From the NCBI GenBank assembly GCA_951406725.2, contig OX597821.1, positions 33,480,001-33,544,000 on the forward strand: DNA of 64,000 nt, given 5' to 3'. A program made the translations under genes and the position numbers. The notes under the pieces were generated by a model. The model did not search any database and was not told where the DNA came from. It saw only the letters and a list, made by a program, of their open reading frames with translations. Below, piece after piece: positions 23,298 to 35,025 of the stretch. Source of the stretch: Octopus vulgaris (Eukaryota). Every line of letters starts with the position of its first letter. Positions within the stretch are counted from its first letter, which is position 1.

Positions 23298-24175
23298 CGA
23301 GGTGAGGTGTATGCTGTTGCCGGCGTTGTCCACCCTGGGTCCATCTGCTGTGGCGGTCTTGTGAACTGTGGGCAGTTCCATCTGCGAGCCTGAGCCTGAT
23401 GGAGCCAGGTTAGCTGCTGTACAATCTTTTGTGCCATGCACAAAAAAGATTCCTGCTCAGCAGCTGCCCTTTCAACAACACGTTGGTGGTTTGTGGTACG
23501 CACCACATCTGCGTACCTCCGTTTTGGGGCAGGTGATGCCTGGTCCATCCCATTTCCTTTCGGTGGTTGGTTTCTGTGGCAGGGTCCCGGATGTGCAAAG
23601 CGGCAGCCTGCACCTTCCTCTCCATGCCGGCAGGCACCTTTCAGGTAGAACCTACATACCCGTGTGCGCTGCTTGTTTCCATCCTTTTTGGCATATGGAC
23701 CGTTAGGTTTGCCTCTGTCCCTGGCTGCCTTGTCCCTTGGCTTTGTCTGAGTTTTAGCTTCAGTTTTTCCTCTTTTTTTGGCCTCTTCATCTCCATGTCC
23801 ACGGCTTTTGGAGCCGGTAGGAGCATCCGTACCTGGGTTCACCTCCCGGGCAGGCCTATCGTTGGAGTTTTCTTCCTGGGCGTCCACCAGGTGGGGGTGA
23901 CCCTCCTCATCTGCGCCCACGTCTCCATCCTTGCCATCTTTACTTTGTTCGCGTTTTTCGCTGTTAAAAATGGCATCCAGTGTGTTTATGTGCGATCTGA
24001 CAAGTGCGTATGAGCGTACGAACTCTTGCCTCTTCCGCTCTATTTGTGCTGATGTCCTTTTGAATCCTTTGTTCTTTAGTGCTGCCGCAATTATGTTACT
24101 TGGACTTTCTCCGTCAGCGCATTGCCATCCTCGCAGGAACCACACCAGTTCATCACGTTTCCAAGCTCTGGACAT
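23285..24175 (-). CDS. LINE ORF1: Myb/SANT-like N-terminus + CCCH zinc finger
   Basis: 296-aa open frame; WKRDELVWFL...GFKRTSAQIERK (trihelix-like, inferred); CRFYLKGACRHGEEGAGCRFAH. Confidence 0.75.
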   Translation of the reverse strand: MSRAWKRDELVWFLRGWQCADGESPSNIIAAALKNKGFKRTSAQIERKRQEFVRSYALVRSHINTLDAIFNSEKREQSKDGKDGDVGADEEGHPHLVDAQEENSNDRPAREVNPGTDAPTGSKSRGHGDEEAKKRGKTEAKTQTKPRDKAARDRGKPNGPYAKKDGNKQRTRVCRFYLKGACRHGEEGAGCRFAHPGPCHRNQPPKGNGMDQASPAPKRRYADVVRTTNHQRVVERAAAEQESFLCMAQKIVQQLTWLHQAQARRWNCPQFTRPPQQMDPGWTTPATAYTSPRCSY

Positions 24176-25200
24176 TCTTGATATATTATCTATCTATCTA
24201 ATTATGTTAAGTTATATTAATCCAAAGTAGGGGGGTAATAGAGAAAGAGAGCGTCTATGTACTTAAGGAGAGATTGGGAGCCAAGAGAAGAGAGCAGGAG
24301 AGAAGAGGAAGAGGAGAGATATTTTGTCTATCTATCTATCTATCTAGTTATATTAAGTTATATTAATCCAATAGTGCAATAGGGGGGTAGGGGGTAATAG
24401 AGAAAGAGAGCGTCCGTGCACTTAAGGAGAGATTGGGAGCCAAGAGAAGAGAGCAAGAGAGAAGAGGAAGAGGAGATACTGAGTGCTGAAGGAAGATAGA
24501 GAAAGCCTCTAGAGGAGAGCTGAGATAGACAGAGAAAGCGCAAAGGGAGAGAACCGAAGAGACAGACAGAGAGATCTAAACGAAGCTATTGGGCCAAGGA
24601 GGGGCGCAAGGGAGAGAACTGAAGAGACAGATAGAATTCTAAACGAAGCTATTGGGACATACATATGTATACACACACACACACACATGTACACACGTGT
24701 GCACATGCACATATATAGACAAGAGTAACAAGTGAGTATATAAAGAGACAATAATAATAATGAAACATATATAAGCATATATTACAAAACATATATAAAC
24801 ATATATTACAAAAGTAATAATAGTAAGAGATTATAAGACAATAATAATAATAAAAATGAAAAATAAAATAAAATAAAACAGCTGAAAGAAAAGAAAAGAA
24901 AGAAAGAAAAAACAGGCCAGGAGGTTTTACAGAGTTTATATATATATATGTAGTATATACATACACACATATATATATAACACACACACATATATTTAAC
25001 AAGTGATAATAATAATAGATAATAAAATAGTGTAATAATACATTTGTCCGCCGCAACAGACAAATTCTTCTATAACAAAACTATAACTAATTGCGACTAT
25101 ACCTTTAATAATAATTAAAACAGCTGAAAGAAAACACGCCAAGAAATGGCAATATATATTTATTTCGCTATAGACAATGTCTCTTAAGATAAACTACAAT

Positions 25201-25663
25201 ACGATTCTACTACTAACACACACACACACATGCACGTATATATAGATATATACGCACATACATATATAAACAGAGTAACAGGTAATTTATAGATAATAGA
25301 TTTAACGAAATTAACAGTAACAAGAATTTGTGATACGTTTTTGCGAGGATATAAACGATTCTACTACTAACACACACACACACATGCACGTATATATAGA
25401 TATATACGCACATACATATATAAACAGAGTAACAGGTAATTTATAGATAATAGATTTAACGAAATTAACAGTAACAAGAATTTGTGATACGTTTTTGCAA
25501 GGATATAAACGATTCTACTACTAACACACACACACACATGCACGTATATATAGATATATACGCACATACATATATAAACAGAGTAACAGGTAATTTATAG
25601 ATAATAGATTTAACGAAATTAACAGTAACAAGAATTTGTGATACGTTTTTGCGAGGATATAAA
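25201..25663. repeat. 3 x 154-bp near-identical tandem repeat in the LINE 5' UTR
   Basis: Unit starts ACGATTCTACTACTAACACAC at 25201, 25355, 25509. Confidence 0.95.
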
Positions 25664-25930
25664 CAGGAATTTGGGTACTTATCGACTGGAAATAAAATTA
25701 GGAGATTCCACGTGCGTATCGCTAGAAAGAGATCTTTGTGTCAAAACTTGACTTGTGGCAGAAATATATTGCGATTTTTAAGCAAATATCCAGGTACGCG
25801 TCTATAAAGTAACAATTTCCACGTTTTGTGAGTGATTTGCCAAGTTATTTCGTCGATTTTATGCAGCCCTTCTTGTTTTTTTTTATCGCAGAGAGAGACA
25901 ACACGTGTTTACTCTACGAAAGCCGGAAGT

Positions 25931-28030
25931 AATATATGTTATGTTTATGTTGAATAGAGTTTTCGTTATGTTTAAGTTCAGGAGAGTTCTAAATAAGGGA
26001 AGGTAGTGAGTGATTTCTTCCGGTGTAAGGGAGATAATCGCTTAAAAATTTTTTTCCTTTCCCTTGGTGTGAATTTCTCTGTATCAGTATGTTCGGATGG
26101 TTGAGTCTGGGCTTGTACTTTTCAATGAAGAATGTTTCCTTGTTTAGTCTAATTTGTGTTGATGATCCGAAAGCACATTGGTAAAATGGAAAGATTAAAA
26201 ATTGTGGTAGTAGTTGCTTTGCGCATTTCTCAATGTGCTCACTAAAAGGTATCATTCTATATTCTGGGAATGCAATTTGTTGTCAATGCAGTGTGCATCT
26301 ACATCTGAGTGATAGTCCCGTGGAACCCACGTAGTCTTGGTGGCAGCCCGAGCATTTTATGACATAAATTATGTTTTCAGAGGCACAAGTAAAGTTAGAT
26401 TTGATCTTGAATTTCTGTCCCTCTTTAAAGAGGAATTCTGATCCTTCTAGCAGGTTAGGGCATGTTGCACAGTTCGATCTACCACATTTGTTTTACTTTT
26501 GCATCCGTAATTTCAGAAGACAATTTTGCCTTTGTGAGAATCTTTTTAAGTGATTTAGGCTGTTTGTAGCTTTTAATGATTTGGTGTATGTTTAGAATTT
26601 CCTTTAATTTGGGGTCTTTATGAAGTATTGGTAAATTCTGGGTGATGATGGTGAAGGCTTCTTTGTTTCTGGGGTTGTATGTAGATATGTGAGGTAGTAT
26701 TTTCGGGGAAGGTGTGTTGTTGTTTTTCCTTATTACTAGGTTCCAGCCTGTGTCCTGGTGTCACTGGTCCCTGGCTAAAAAATGTTGGGTGTAATTTTGT
26801 TTGTATGAGTTGTCTGTGAGGTTGTGTGATATTGGGTCGGGGGAGTGGTGGTATTGTTGCCCCCGATCGTTGTGTGTGTGTGGGAATCTATGGTTGTTTT
26901 TGTTTGTGGTGTGTGTAAAATTTCTGTATGAGAAATATTTTTGTTTCGAACTGCTTGTATGTGGGATGTTGCTTGACATAGTGTTTTTTTGCGTTTGTCT
27001 TGTGTTTAGTGGGGACCAGTAATTTTGGTTCATGGGGTAGTAGTGACTTGTGTGTGGTGTATTTCTTATTCTAGTGTCGTTTTGTGCTGTATGGTGGTTG
27101 GGTCTGGTATTAGGATGTTGTTGGTGTGTTCTGTTTTTGGTGTAATTTATTTCATAGACGCGTCGTCTGTCAGCTAGTTCCCTGTTAGGTCTTGTGTGGT
27201 TTGCAAAGGTTGGTTGTGGGTGATTTCTGTTTTTAGTGTATGGAGGATAGTTGGGGGTTGTTCGTGGGTTGTTTGGTTTTTCTTTTTTATTTTTTGTAAT
27301 TTTCTTAAGGAAGGGATTATTTGTACCCAATTCATTTTTGGAAGAAGTCCATGTTTTTCTCCCAGCGCAGGAGAGAATTTCTCTCTTCTTTTTCACAGGT
27401 ATCCTTCCAATGATCTAATGTATTTTCGAGGGGTTGTCCCTCGGTATGTTTCTGTATTATATTGTGCATCTCCTCGTCTATGCTTTTAAATTTTTCTTCA
27501 TTTGTGGAGGCCCTTAGTCTTAGAAGCTCTATTTCTGATCTTAAATTGAACAGAGCTGACTTTTCCCTAATAGTTCTCTGTCCGTCAGGCTCAATTTTAT
27601 CTGGAATTTGCGTGGGAGGATAATTGGTGTTGAGTTCATCCATCCCTCGTAAATATCTGCTTTGTTGGAATTTTTTATCATGTTCCAGAAGGCGAGTTTT
27701 CTGTTGTGCAGGTTTGTATTCCAAATGTTTCCTATTTTTCTTTTTGCTGGGTTAATTTGGGTGTGTATGATGTCCTGCTGTGTTTCATTTGGTGCGTGTT
27801 TATTATTTTCGGATTTGTTGATGAAAATTGAATTTAGTATTGTATATAACAGTTGCAAATCCTTACTAACCTGGTCAGTGTAGCGAGTTGTATCTTCATT
27901 GCTTTTACTTTCCCGGGCGAGTAGGTTTGATTCCTTGATTTTGTTGTTCAGGTTAATAAGCTGTGTATTAATATTTTTCAGTTCTTTGAGTATGTTCTCA
28001 TTTGTGGTTTTATCCGAGGTGTTGGTCTTC
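25931..28030 (-). mobile_element. Penelope-like element, RT core deleted (GIY-YIG end retained)
   Basis: LPHISTYNP thumb-like motif, FTCASENIIYVIKC and RLNKETFFIEKYKPRLN endonuclease motifs; no RT motifs between the N-terminal ORFs and the thumb; probable terminal part lies left of the LINE (20020-20243). Confidence 0.75.
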
Positions 28031-28046
28031 TATATATATATATATA

Positions 28047-30690
28047 GCGGTAATGGATCCTTCAACACAGCCCGACCCAAACACTAGAAATAGCAGCTGC
28101 TTCTCCCTTACCTTAACAACATGCTGACCTGTCTTACTCGCTCGGTGACCTCGATCGAAACGGCAGAATCCTGCCCTGCCTGCGTACACGTCACTCCTGC
28201 CCCTTCCGGTCAGCTCCTCAGCTGCTGACGTCATCCCACACGCCACCCTGATCTTGCGCGTCGAGATCTTCTCAAGCTCGGCACCTCGTTCTACCCCTCT
28301 CCACAATCGTCGTTCGACGAAGCGACAATCCTGCGAAGGTCCAAGACGTGTCGCGGCATTCTATCCACGGAGACGTTGTTTCTAGAATTGACCGCTGTCA
28401 CCGTTCCTCTGTTCCATTGAGACATACAGCGCGCCTTTGGTGGCTTAACCCAGACTTCCTCCCCTATTTTCACGTAAGCAGGTTCCTTCTCTTCTTCGTG
28501 GCCCTCCAGCGCTTTACTCGGGTGCCTGCATTCATATTTAAATACAGCTCTCTGCGGCACAGATTCTTCAGCTTGTCCGGATTGGGGAGACAAGTTGTAC
28601 CAACTAACTGCTTCGAGTGGCGAAATGTGCCCTCTTTCCGCTGTGGCCTTGACTGTCCGATGATGCCTCTCTATGATCCCGTTACCGCTGGGCCTATACG
28701 CTGCTCTGAACAAGTGACACACCTTCCACCGGTTAAGCATATCCCTCAATGCGCCGCCCCGTTGTCCATTAGCAGTTCTTCCACGGGACCTCTCTCTAAA
28801 AATATGCCGTTCAAGATCTGCGCAATCTCGTCAGCAATGCCTGTTCTCAACTCCCTCCACATGGCCAGCCGGCCCGGCCCGCAGTTGACCATGGAGAGAT
28901 ACATTCCCTGGTGGTAGTGCGTCACATCCACAGCTAGCCTTTTCCAGTTGTGCTCCACCGAAAGGTTTCCTTGCTCATGCCCACACGGAAAAAGGTCAAT
29001 GGACTGACACCTGTCGCAGCTCCCGACCACTTTCCGGATGCTTCTCCTTGTGATGTCAGCATCAATTTTCTTCGCCAGATACAGGGTCCTGTCCACACCC
29101 AAGTGATGCATACCATGCAGTCTCTTCAGTTCAGAGTCATCCAACTGACACGCCACAGCTATCCCTTTCCGGGCCTCCTCCAGTTTCTCCAACCACACCC
29201 ATTTCACCCTGGTCAGTGCATCCGCCCTGTTTTTCTCCGAAGGCACGAAAACCACATTCAGCTTCAGTCCAAACTCGGCGATCAATTCTCCTAGACGGTG
29301 CTTCACCAACATCTCCGCAGCACCTTTCATCCAAACTCTCCTTACACCGGTGATCACTCCGCCCGCTACCTCCTCCTCCCAAGAGACAAGAACCCCTTCC
29401 TCGATTCACCTCTCCACCTCGTCTTCAAACTCGACCCTGGCGTGGCCTTTCAGGGTATGCTGGTAGCAGCTCACTCTGTTTTTCAGCATCGGGGGCTCGT
29501 CCTTCCATCGCCACTCTATCGTCCACCGCTGACCATCAAATGCCGCCTGAAAATCTTTGTCCTCGATGGTGTAAGTGGCGCAGTCCCTCACGGGGCTCTG
29601 CTCTCTCTGGCGATCCTGACTCACAGTGCACATGCCCCCACGCTTCCGAATGTGACCTCATCTCCCACAATACTGACGCCACCGAGGCAGTTGATGGTGT
29701 CCATCACCACATCAACCCCATCTATCACGCGTTCAGCCACAATTACCTGCAGCCTTAGCGTTGCGCCTCCCACCACTATCTCTACCTTGCTGCTGCTTTT
29801 GCAATGGATTTCGCTGCCGTCGACAGCTCAGACGCTACTTGCCCCATTCCATTTCTTTGTCACTCTTGAAGTCACACGGGTGGTCTTGCAGCCCGTATCC
29901 ACGAGGGCCTTGAACATCTTCCCCTTGGCCTCGACATCAATTAATGGCAGCATCTCCAAAAGCGCCTCTACTCGTTTGCGGGGCAAGTTCGAGAGGCAGC
30001 AACTTCCCTGCGGTCGTTTCCCTGGTCGCAATCACGTGCGATGTGCCCTGTCTGCCTGCATTGATAGCAAACGGGCCCCGGTTGCGTACACTCCCTCACC
30101 ATGTGCAACCCCTGACATCTAAAACACTGACCTGAGAACGGCTGCTGTCGTTGCACGGTAGACTTCTGCACGTCTTTCTCCAGCCGTCAGCTGTCTTTAC
30201 ACAGCTCCGTCACCGCCATCGCTATCGCCTTCCACCCAGAGTGTGGCATCAACACGTGGGCTTGAGTCACAAGTTCGCTCAGTGCCATCTTTTTACTCCC
30301 AGGCAATTGTTGTAGGTGAATCCCTACGTCATCGGGGAACCCATTTACGAATGCCAGTTGCGCTGCTCACTCCAGCCCTTCTCCGTAAACCCAGCCAGCG
30401 TCGCTAACCTTTGAACTTCTGCCACGTAGTCGTCCACCTGTCCTCCCGTCCATTGAATCGTACCCAGCTTAGGAAAAGCTGTATACTCACACTCGGTGTA
30501 AGCATCCCTCAGACGTTGCTCTATCTTTTCCTCGCTCAGACGTTCTTCCTCCTCCATCTCAAGATATAGTGTCAACACGCTCCCTTCCAAATACAGCGCC
30601 ATAAGACTTGCCACATCGCTTATACCTTGCAGTCTTGCCACCAGCCTGATTTTATGAATCCAGGCCACTACATCGCCTTCACCATTAAAG
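28047..30690 (-). mobile_element. Gypsy family G1 remnant: gag-PR-(RT deleted)-RH-IN-PPT-3'LTR
   Basis: Twin CCHC knuckles, ALVDTGC protease, NRADALTR, H-H-C-C and DNG..GNGIIER integrase motifs; PPT AAGATCAGGGTGGCG before LTR start TGTGGGATGACGTCAGC. Confidence 0.9.
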
Positions 30691-32233
30691 GGGAAGGGAG
30701 TGAGGTAGCAGAGAGAAGAAAGAGGAAAGAAGAAGAGAAGAGGAGGGAAGAGAGTAGGAGTGAAAAGATGAAGGACTGAAGAGAAGTAGGAGTTGGGGTG
30801 GGTTAGATGAAAAGGGGGGAAGAGTTGAGACCAAATGGCGTAAAAGAGCGAAGAGAGAAGATTAATCCCTGTTTAAGGCGCAAAACGGGAATCCGGATGG
30901 CCTCTGTGCAGGGACAATCCGAACACAGACAGGTGTTGCAAGGAGTGACCGGTGGAGCAGAAATGGCATGAGACCGGTGTGTCATTGGCAAGGCGAATGT
31001 CACGTAGGTGTTCGCGAACCGGTCAGCCAAGCGATGTACAGGGAATGGCAGAGAGAGCTGGAGGTGCAGGTGAAGGAGTTGATGATGCGATAGGGTCGAT
31101 GATGGGTGCCAGTGAGGAGGGTGGTGTTGGAGAGGTAAGGGCAAGTGCGGCAAGGTGGGCGGGAGCAGGGGAACAAGCCAGGTTGGGAGGTAGGGTCAGG
31201 GAAGAAGCTGTGGACCAAGAGGTCTCGTAGGTTATGGGCTCATTTGAAGGAGGGGAGGAGTCAGTTAGGGAAGATGTGTGATGTGGACGGGTCGGACTGG
31301 AGATGCCGGAAAGCTCTAAGAATGGTGCATTGGAGAGGTAGGGTCGTGGGGTGGTAAGTGAGGGGAAAAGGGAGGCGGGAGACTACAGGGCAGGTTCGGG
31401 GGAAGAGAGTAGATGCACGGTCTACGGAACGTGCTCTGGCAAGGGCGGTGTGGTTAGTGGTGAGGGGGTATCCACGTAGGATGAAGTGCGAGCCATGAGT
31501 TGAGACTGAGTCTCAAAGTCATGGTCGTCACTACAGAGTGTACGTAGACAGAGGAATAGGGGATGGAAAGCTTGGTGTGTTTGGGGTGGGAGGAAGAGAA
31601 GTTTAGGTATGAGTGTGAGTCTATGTGTTTGTAGTGAATGGAGGTGGTAAGAGTGGAGTGATGAATGCTGACCGAAATGTCGAGGAAGGAGACAGAGGTG
31701 TTGGAGATGGTGGAGGTGAAGTGGAGGGCAGGATGGAAGGATTGAACGAAAGAGAGGAAGGAATCTAGATGTTCACGGGAGAGTGAGGTGGCACCGATAA
31801 TGTCATCAATGTAACGACCGTATTGTTCGGGAGTGGGACCAGTGAAATTAGAGAATATTTGGGGCTCAACATAGCCAACAAACAGGTTCGCATAGTTGGG
31901 GCCCATTCGCGTTCCCATGGCCACTCCCGAGACCTGTTGGTAGAACTCGCCCGCGAATGAGAAGCAGTTGAGTGAAAGGACAAGTTCGGCCAGACGAATG
32001 AGTGTGGAGGTGTCGGGTTCGGGATTGAGGCAGAGGTCGAGAAAGTGTTGAAGGGCCCGCAGTCCTTTGTGGTGAGGGATGACGGTATAGAGGCTCTGGA
32101 TGTCCATAGTAAAAAGTATTTTGGAGGATCCGGGAGGAAAGGAGAAAGAGTTGAAAAGTCGGAGAGCATGGTTGGTGTCGTGGATGTGGGAGGGAAGAGA
32201 CGCCACTAGGGGGCAAGGACACGGTCGAGGTAT
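30691..32233 (-). mobile_element. Neptune-like Penelope element (RT + Cys motif + GIY-YIG remnant), cassette copy 1
   Basis: TMDIQSLYT, GVAMGTRMGPNYANLF, RYIDD; PCSRPPCRTC linker. Confidence 0.9.
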
Positions 32234-32681
32234 GTTTAACCTTGGTCAATTGTCATTGCTTCAGCTCAACATTTTGGGGCTGAAAGATGTAGTCGGTGGG
32301 CCAAATCCAAAAAGGGCCTTATTTATTGAGTTGGTTGCACCCACTTCCCTGCAACTTTAGTTTGATGGTACCACATTGTTCCTGGGTCTACGGGGATGAC
32401 ATTTTCACTTGTCATTAGGGCAACAGCTTTTTTATAAGTAAAGGTGAGTCTTGAGGCGATTAAAAGTGGAAATTTGTGATACACAGGTAACCATTGGAAA
32501 TATTTGTCTATTAACGCCCTAGATGTCACTGAAATGAAGGAAATATACCTCTTTACCATACCCATGGTGAATTTTTTTCATTTTCCATTGCCCAAAATTA
32601 GAAAATCTCGACAATTTGTCTGAAAAAACGCCCATTTTTTAATGTTTTTTCACAGTATATTGACTTTCATTCCCATTTTGT

Positions 32682-33092
32682 TTACCATTCCCCTCCTCTC
32701 CTCATCTCTGAATAAAAAATCGACGCTATTATCCACTCTGGTTCTATCGATGGTGGGATTCTTCCCACCCTAATTCTGGCAATTCGTTTGTCCAAACTGT
32801 TTGGCATCAAAATCCATTTCTCTCCCTGTATCAGCCTGTTGGAGGTATTTTCCGCCTCCTCTTCTGATACAAGGGTTACCACCATCGACACATATCTCTT
32901 CCCTCTCGTAAAGAACGTTATGCTGTTTCCTATCAGTTCTTCCAAAATTTCTTCTATTTCTTCCTGCGGTGTGTATTCAGTTTGTCTATTTTTATTTGAA
33001 AATGATCTGAAAATGACGGTCTTCTTTTCCATTTTAACTTTTTCCTCCTGTGGCAGAGTCATTTTTATATTTGACCCATCCTTTTCTACCAT
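32682..33092 (-). mobile_element. L1/Tx1-like ORF1 fragment, cassette copy 1
   Basis: RRM-like pattern (FFTRGKRY..VVTL..EEEAE; RIRVGRIPP.IEPEWI); near-identical copies at 35026, 37509, 40056. Family assignment is inferred. Confidence 0.5.
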
Positions 33093-33587
33093 ACTGTAAT
33101 ATTTCTGTATCAGAAAAGGAGCAACTGGTACAGAAGGAGATCTGTAAATTGATTTTTGTTGACGGGATGGTCACCCTGACAGTGGGGTACTCTAGCCACT
33201 GACATTGAAATGTCTATCCGTGGGGGCGATCTCCTAATTGGCAACAGTCATCACCCCACCTCCACACCCCAGTGCAGCAGGCCTGTCTGTTCTAGTGATC
33301 TTCGACTGCAGTAATCGTCGTCTGTCGAAGCGACAATCCTGCCAAGGTCCAAGACTTGTCGTGGCATTCCATCCATGGAGACGTTGTTTCTGGAATTGAC
33401 CGCCGTCACCGTTCCTCTGCTCCATTGAGACGTACAGCGCGCCTTTGGTGGCTTAACCCAGACTTCCTCCCCTATTTTCACACAGACGGGCCCCTTCTCT
33501 TTCTCGTGACCCGGCGCTTTGCTCGGGTGCCTCCATTCATATTTGAATACAGCTCTCTGTGGCACAGATTCCTCAGCTTGTCCAGAT
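33093..33587 (-). mobile_element. Helentron endonuclease fragment fused to Gypsy integrase C-terminal fragment
   Basis: RTDR...GGGVMTV (APE-like) to ~33312; EEVWVKPPKARC..NSRNNVS (G1 integrase tail) 33313-33587. Confidence 0.75.
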
Positions 33588-34576
33588 CGGTCTCGTAGGT
33601 TATGGGCTCGTTTGAAAGAGGGGAGGGCTCGGTTAGGGAAGAGGTGTGATGTGGACGGGTTGGACTGGAGATGCCGGAAAGCTCTAAGAATGGTGCGTTG
33701 GAGAGGTAGGGTGGTGGGGTGGAAAGTGAGGGGAGACTACAGGGCATGTTCGGGGGGAGAGAGTAGATGCACGGTCTACGGAACGTGCTCTGGCAAGGGC
33801 GGTGTGGATAGTGGTGAGGGGGTATCCACGTAGGATGAAGTGGCAAGCCACGAGTTGAGACTGAGTCTCAAAGTCATGGTCGTCACTACAGAGCCTACTT
33901 AGACGGAGGGATAGGGGATGGAAAGTTTGGGGTGGGAGGAAGAGAAGTTTAGGTATGAGTGTGAGTCTGTGTGTTTGTAGTGAATGGAGGTGGTAAGAGT
34001 GGAGTGATGAATGCTGACCGAAATGTCAAGGAAGGAGACAGAGGTGTAGGAGATAGTGGAGGGCAGGATGGAAGGATTGAACGAAAGAGAGGAAGGAATC
34101 TAGATGTTCACGGGAGAGTGAGGTGGCACCGATAATGTCATCAATGTAACGACCGTATTGTTCGGGAGTGGGACCAGTGAAATTAGAGAATATTTGGGGC
34201 TCAACATAGCCAACAAACAGGTTCGCATAGTTGGGGCCCATTCGCGTTCCCATGGCCACTCCCGCGAACGAGAAGCTGTTGGTAGAACTCACCCGCGAAT
34301 GAGAAGCAGTTGAGAGAAAGGACAAGTTCGGCCAGACGAATGAGTGTGGAGGTGTCGGGTTCGGGGTTGAGGCAGAGGTCGAGAAAGTGTTGAAGGGCCC
34401 GCAGTCCTTCGTGGTGAGGGATGACGGTATAGAGGCTCTGGATGTCCATAGTAAAAAGTATTTTGGAGGAGCCGGGAGGAAAGGAGAAAGAGTTGAAAAG
34501 CCGGAGAGCATGGTTGGTGTCGTGGATGTGGGAGGGAAGAGACGCCACTAGGGGGGCAAGGACACGGTCGAGGTAT
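33588..34576 (-). mobile_element. Penelope-like RT fragment, cassette copy 2
   Basis: Near-identical to 31220-32233. Confidence 0.9.
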
Positions 34577-35025
34577 GTTTAACCTTGGTCAATTGTCATT
34601 GCTTCAGCTCAACATTTTGGGGCTGAAAGATGTAGTCGGTGGGCCAAATCCAAAAAGGGCCTTATTTATTGAGTTGGTTGCACCCACTTCCCTGCAACTT
34701 TAGTTTGATGGTTCCACATTGTTCCTGGGTCTACGGGGATGACATTTTCACTTGTCATTAGGGCAACAGCTTCTTTTATAAGTAAAGGTGAGTCTTGAGG
34801 CGATTAAAAGTGGAAATTTGTGATACACAGGTAACTATTGGAAATATTTGTCTATTAACGCCCTTGATGTCACTGAAATGAAGGAAATATACCTCTTTAC
34901 CATACCCATGGTGAATTTTTTTCATTTTCCATTGCCCAAAATTAGAAAATCTCGCCAATTTGTCTGAAAAAACGCCCATTTTTTAATGTTTTTTCACAGT
35001 ATATTGACTTTCATTCCCATTTTGT

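Larger units (their letters stand above)
20244..25930 (-). mobile_element. Apparently full-length CR1/L2-group LINE
   Basis: (AATC)6 3' tail, ORF2 with APE and RT, ORF1, ~1.7-kb 5' UTR with tandem repeats; 5' end inferred near CTTCCGG..AAACACGTG. Confidence 0.88.

Noticed and set aside
24509-25567. Hydrophobic Y/C/I/V-rich ORFs
   Set aside because: Translations of microsatellite and tandem-repeat DNA
29298-30122. 274-aa + strand ORF (and the similar 50844-51530)
   Set aside because: Antisense shadow of GC-rich Gypsy gag-pol with no motif. Its persistence in two copies is noted but insufficient
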